Source: an uncultured delta proteobacterium (lineage in GTDB: Bacteria > Myxococcota > Kuafuiibacteriia > Kuafuiibacteriales > Kuafuiibacteriaceae). From it: a DNA stretch of 64,000 nucleotides. A program made the translations under genes and the position numbers. Below the pieces are notes generated by a model. That model made no database searches. It was not told the DNA's origin and worked only from the letters and a program-made list of their open reading frames with translations. The DNA is taken from contig CAWDML010000006.1 in assembly GCA_963803435.1 (NCBI GenBank), positions 128,001 through 192,000 on the forward strand. Direction: 5' to 3'. Below, piece after piece: positions 61,657 to 64,000 of the stretch (positions within the stretch are counted from its first letter, which is position 1; the number at the start of each line of letters is the position of its first letter).

Positions 61657-62076
61657 ATGATGGGGTCGCCGGCCATCACAGCGCACGAGCTGAAGATCGA
61701 CGAGGAGCAGGATATCGTCCTCGTCCGCAACGCCGTGCGCCGCGCGGCGGAGAACCGCGGCTTCGACACCTTCGCGATCGCCGCCCTCACCACCGCCGCG
61801 TCCGAGCTGAGTCGCAACATCTGGCGCCACGCGCGCCGCGGCCGGGCCGTCATCACCGAGATCGAGGAGGGCGCGCGTCACGGGATCCAGATCGAGTTCG
61901 ACGATCAAGGCCCTGGGATCCCGGATCTCGGTCTGGCCCTCGCCGATGGGTACAGCACCGCCGGGTCGCTCGGCCTCGGCCTTTCGGGAAGCAAGCGACT
62001 CGTCGACGAGTTCGAGATCAGCTCGACCGTCGGGCACGGGACTTGCGTGACGATCGTGAAGTGGCTTCGCTCGTAG
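61657..62076 (+). CDS. rsbT: Stressosome kinase RsbT
   Basis: SELSRNI, DQGPGIPD, DGYST, LGLGLSGSKRLVDEF. Confidence 0.92.
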   Translation: MMGSPAITAHELKIDEEQDIVLVRNAVRRAAENRGFDTFAIAALTTAASELSRNIWRHARRGRAVITEIEEGARHGIQIEFDDQGPGIPDLGLALADGYSTAGSLGLGLSGSKRLVDEFEISSTVGHGTCVTIVKWLRS

Positions 62077-63059
62077 ACCACTGGCTGCCGGACAAAGACG
62101 GCATCCGCGTCGTCGACGATGCGTCGGTCTCCCAGGTGCGCACCCGGATCCGGAGTCTCGGGGGCGAGCTCGGCGACACGGCCTTCGTCGAGCGCTGTGC
62201 GCTGATCGGCAGCGAGCTCGCCACCAACCAGGTCCGACACGCAGGCGGCGGCGTCGTGCAGGTCCGCGCGCTGGCCCGGGGCGGCGTGGGCGGCCTCGAG
62301 ATCATCGCCGCCGATGCGGGCCCCGGCATCTCCCCGGCGGTCTTTCACCGGACGGCGCGTCCCCAGAGCGGCAGCCTCGGCGCCGGGCTGACCTCGGTCG
62401 AGCGTCAGGCCGACGAGATCGACTTCGACATCCGTGCCGGCGAGGGCACGTGCATCCGCGCCCGCAAGTTCGCCGGTGCGGCGCCCCGCCGGCGCGAGAT
62501 CGCGATCGCCGGGCGTCCGCTCGCAGGCGAGCCGGTCAGCGGCGACCACGCGTGCTTCTGGAGGAACGACCACCAGCTCGTCGTCTGCATGCTCGACGGT
62601 GTGGGCCACGGGCAGCTCGCCCGCGACGCTGCGGACGCCGGGATCGAGGCCCTCACCAGCCACGGCGTCACGGATCCGCTGCGCGCGCTCCGGGTCGTCG
62701 AGAGGCGGCTCCTCCACCAGCGCGGCGCGGTGTTCTCCCATCTGGCGCTCGACGAGTCGACGATGACGGCGACGCGCCTCGGGATCGGCAACGCGACCAC
62801 GCTCCTGGCGGGTCCCGGCGGCTCCCATCGCTTCGTGAACATCAACGGTGTCGTCGGCCAACCGATCGCCAAGCGCCGCATTCTCCCCGAGGCCGTGACC
62901 GTGCTGCCCGGTCAGATCATCGTGATGCACACGGACGGCCTAACCTCGCACGTCGACCTGACCGACCTCTTCTTTCGATCGCCGATCGCCATCGCGACGC
63001 AGCTGCTCGAGACCTTCGGCCGGGACCACGACGACGCCACAGTCCTGGTGATCAAGTAG
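62061..63059 (+). CDS. RsbT-like ATPase fused to a PP2C/SpoIIE phosphatase (RsbX-like)
   Basis: SELATN, DAGPG; SGD, DGVGHG, TDGL, DDAT. Confidence 0.85.
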   Translation: MASLVDHWLPDKDGIRVVDDASVSQVRTRIRSLGGELGDTAFVERCALIGSELATNQVRHAGGGVVQVRALARGGVGGLEIIAADAGPGISPAVFHRTARPQSGSLGAGLTSVERQADEIDFDIRAGEGTCIRARKFAGAAPRRREIAIAGRPLAGEPVSGDHACFWRNDHQLVVCMLDGVGHGQLARDAADAGIEALTSHGVTDPLRALRVVERRLLHQRGAVFSHLALDESTMTATRLGIGNATTLLAGPGGSHRFVNINGVVGQPIAKRRILPEAVTVLPGQIIVMHTDGLTSHVDLTDLFFRSPIAIATQLLETFGRDHDDATVLVIK

Positions 63060-63065
63060 CGCGCT

Positions 63066-64000
63066 TCACGGGATCGCTTCGCCATTCCAGCAGATGTCGA
63101 AGAAGTAGGCCGCCATCAGATCCGATCGCTGGTGACGTCCGGTGCCCAGGTGCTTTCGGTACGCCGCCACGTGGGAGTAGCTCAGGAACTGATAGAGCGC
63201 CGGGAGGAGATCGCCCGGCTCGGCGTAGAGGTCGGTGGCGCTGGAGAAGAGCTCCGCCATGCTGGACGGGATGTCCTTCCAGTTGAGGATCATGTCCCGG
63301 ACCAGGGCCACGCTGATCTTTCGGCGGTATCCCGGCGGTGCCACCTGAGGCTCGCCCCTCGGGCCCTGGAGGACGGCGTCGACGAACATGCGCGTGGGCA
63401 TCACGGTGACGCCGGCGGTCGGGCGCGGGTTGCACTCGATGACGTAGAACCCGTGCGGGGTGGCGATGAAGTCGAAGGAGATCTGCCCGTGGTATCCGAT
63501 CGCTTCGGCGACGCGCTGCGCCACCCTCAAGGTGTCGCTCGGATCCACCGACGCGAAGACGATGCCGCCCGCGTGGTCGATCGTCTTCGGATGGATGTAG
63601 GTCGAGTGGGCGGCCAGCCGTCCGTGGTGCACTACGCTGAAGCTGCAGTAGTCGATGCCCTCGAGGAACTCCTGCACCAACCACGGGTTCTCGTGCGTGA
63701 CCTCGCACTGCTCCAGCGAGAGCGCGCCGTCGAGGGGACCTGCGTTGGTGTACAGGTCGAGGCCGCCGCGCGAGTAGGCGGGGCGCGCGAAGAACTCGCC
63801 AATCTCACGGCCCGCGGCGGCCAGAATCCTCACGGCTCTCGACCACGATGGTGCGGGGTGCCGGCAGGCCGAGCTCCTCGAGCAGCTCCACGAAGCGAAC
63901 CTTGTCGTGCAGCCTCGCCAGCGTCGCGAACGGCGACGCGAAGACCGTCGTGTGTGCGGAGAGACGTTCGAGGTGGCGCGCCACGTAGAAGACCTCTTCG
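63066..64000 (-). CDS. ATP-grasp domain protein, 5' end outside the window; +1 frameshift near 63825
   Basis: EEVFY...LHDKVRF..LGLPAPRT then FARPAYSRGG, WLVQEFLEG, SFDF, IECNPR. Confidence 0.85.
   Translation of the reverse strand, partial: KRSSTWRATSNVSPHTRRSSRRRSRRWRGCTTRFASWSCSRSSACRHPAPSWSRAVRILAAAGREIGEFFARPAYSRGGLDLYTNAGPLDGALSLEQCEVTHENPWLVQEFLEGIDYCSFSVVHHGRLAAHSTYIHPKTIDHAGGIVFASVDPSDTLRVAQRVAEAIGYHGQISFDFIATPHGFYVIECNPRPTAGVTVMPTRMFVDAVLQGPRGEPQVAPPGYRRKISVALVRDMILNWKDIPSSMAELFSSATDLYAEPGDLLPALYQFLSYSHVAAYRKHLGTGRHQRSDLMAAYFFDICWNGEAIP

Overview
High-GC bacterial chromosomal DNA with a Myxococcota-like gene repertoire (Ser/Thr kinase-PEGA genes, FHA-bEBP regulators, STAND-TPR-wHTH protein, many lipoproteins); the taxonomy is an inference. 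I saw no rRNA, tRNA, CRISPR array or mobile element. In order along the window: (1) a heme-copper oxidase locus (two subunit III genes, subunits IV, II and I, CtaB, Sco, a diheme cytochrome c, two cupredoxin-like proteins and a DUF420-TPR-CPMHP fusion absent from the ORF track), whose subunit I keeps the A1 active site and D-channel but lacks the canonical K-channel residues; (2) a tetraheme lipoprotein plus a beta-propeller/diheme-peroxidase-family lipoprotein and an internally deleted 7Fe ferredoxin, behind a -24/-12 promoter and a palindromic operator, divergent from an FHA-bEBP lacking GAFTGA; (3) an anti-sigma/pseudo-CHAT protein, an RND pump with a heavily frameshifted permease, and a PEGA-kinase-pseudoprotease trio; (4) orphan flbD-motA-motB, a kinase-PEGA gene, a MacB/Lol-type ABC system, a second FHA-bEBP, a pentameric ligand-gated ion channel and a sugar ABC transporter; (5) a tightly coupled operon of six exported proteins (HEAT lipoproteins, a GGx-repeat lipoprotein, a CsgG-like domain) followed by a site-2 protease; (6) a globin-coupled stressosome divergent from two GAF histidine kinases. 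Several single-base frameshifts look like long-read or polishing errors. All family calls come from reading motifs by eye; no searches were run.
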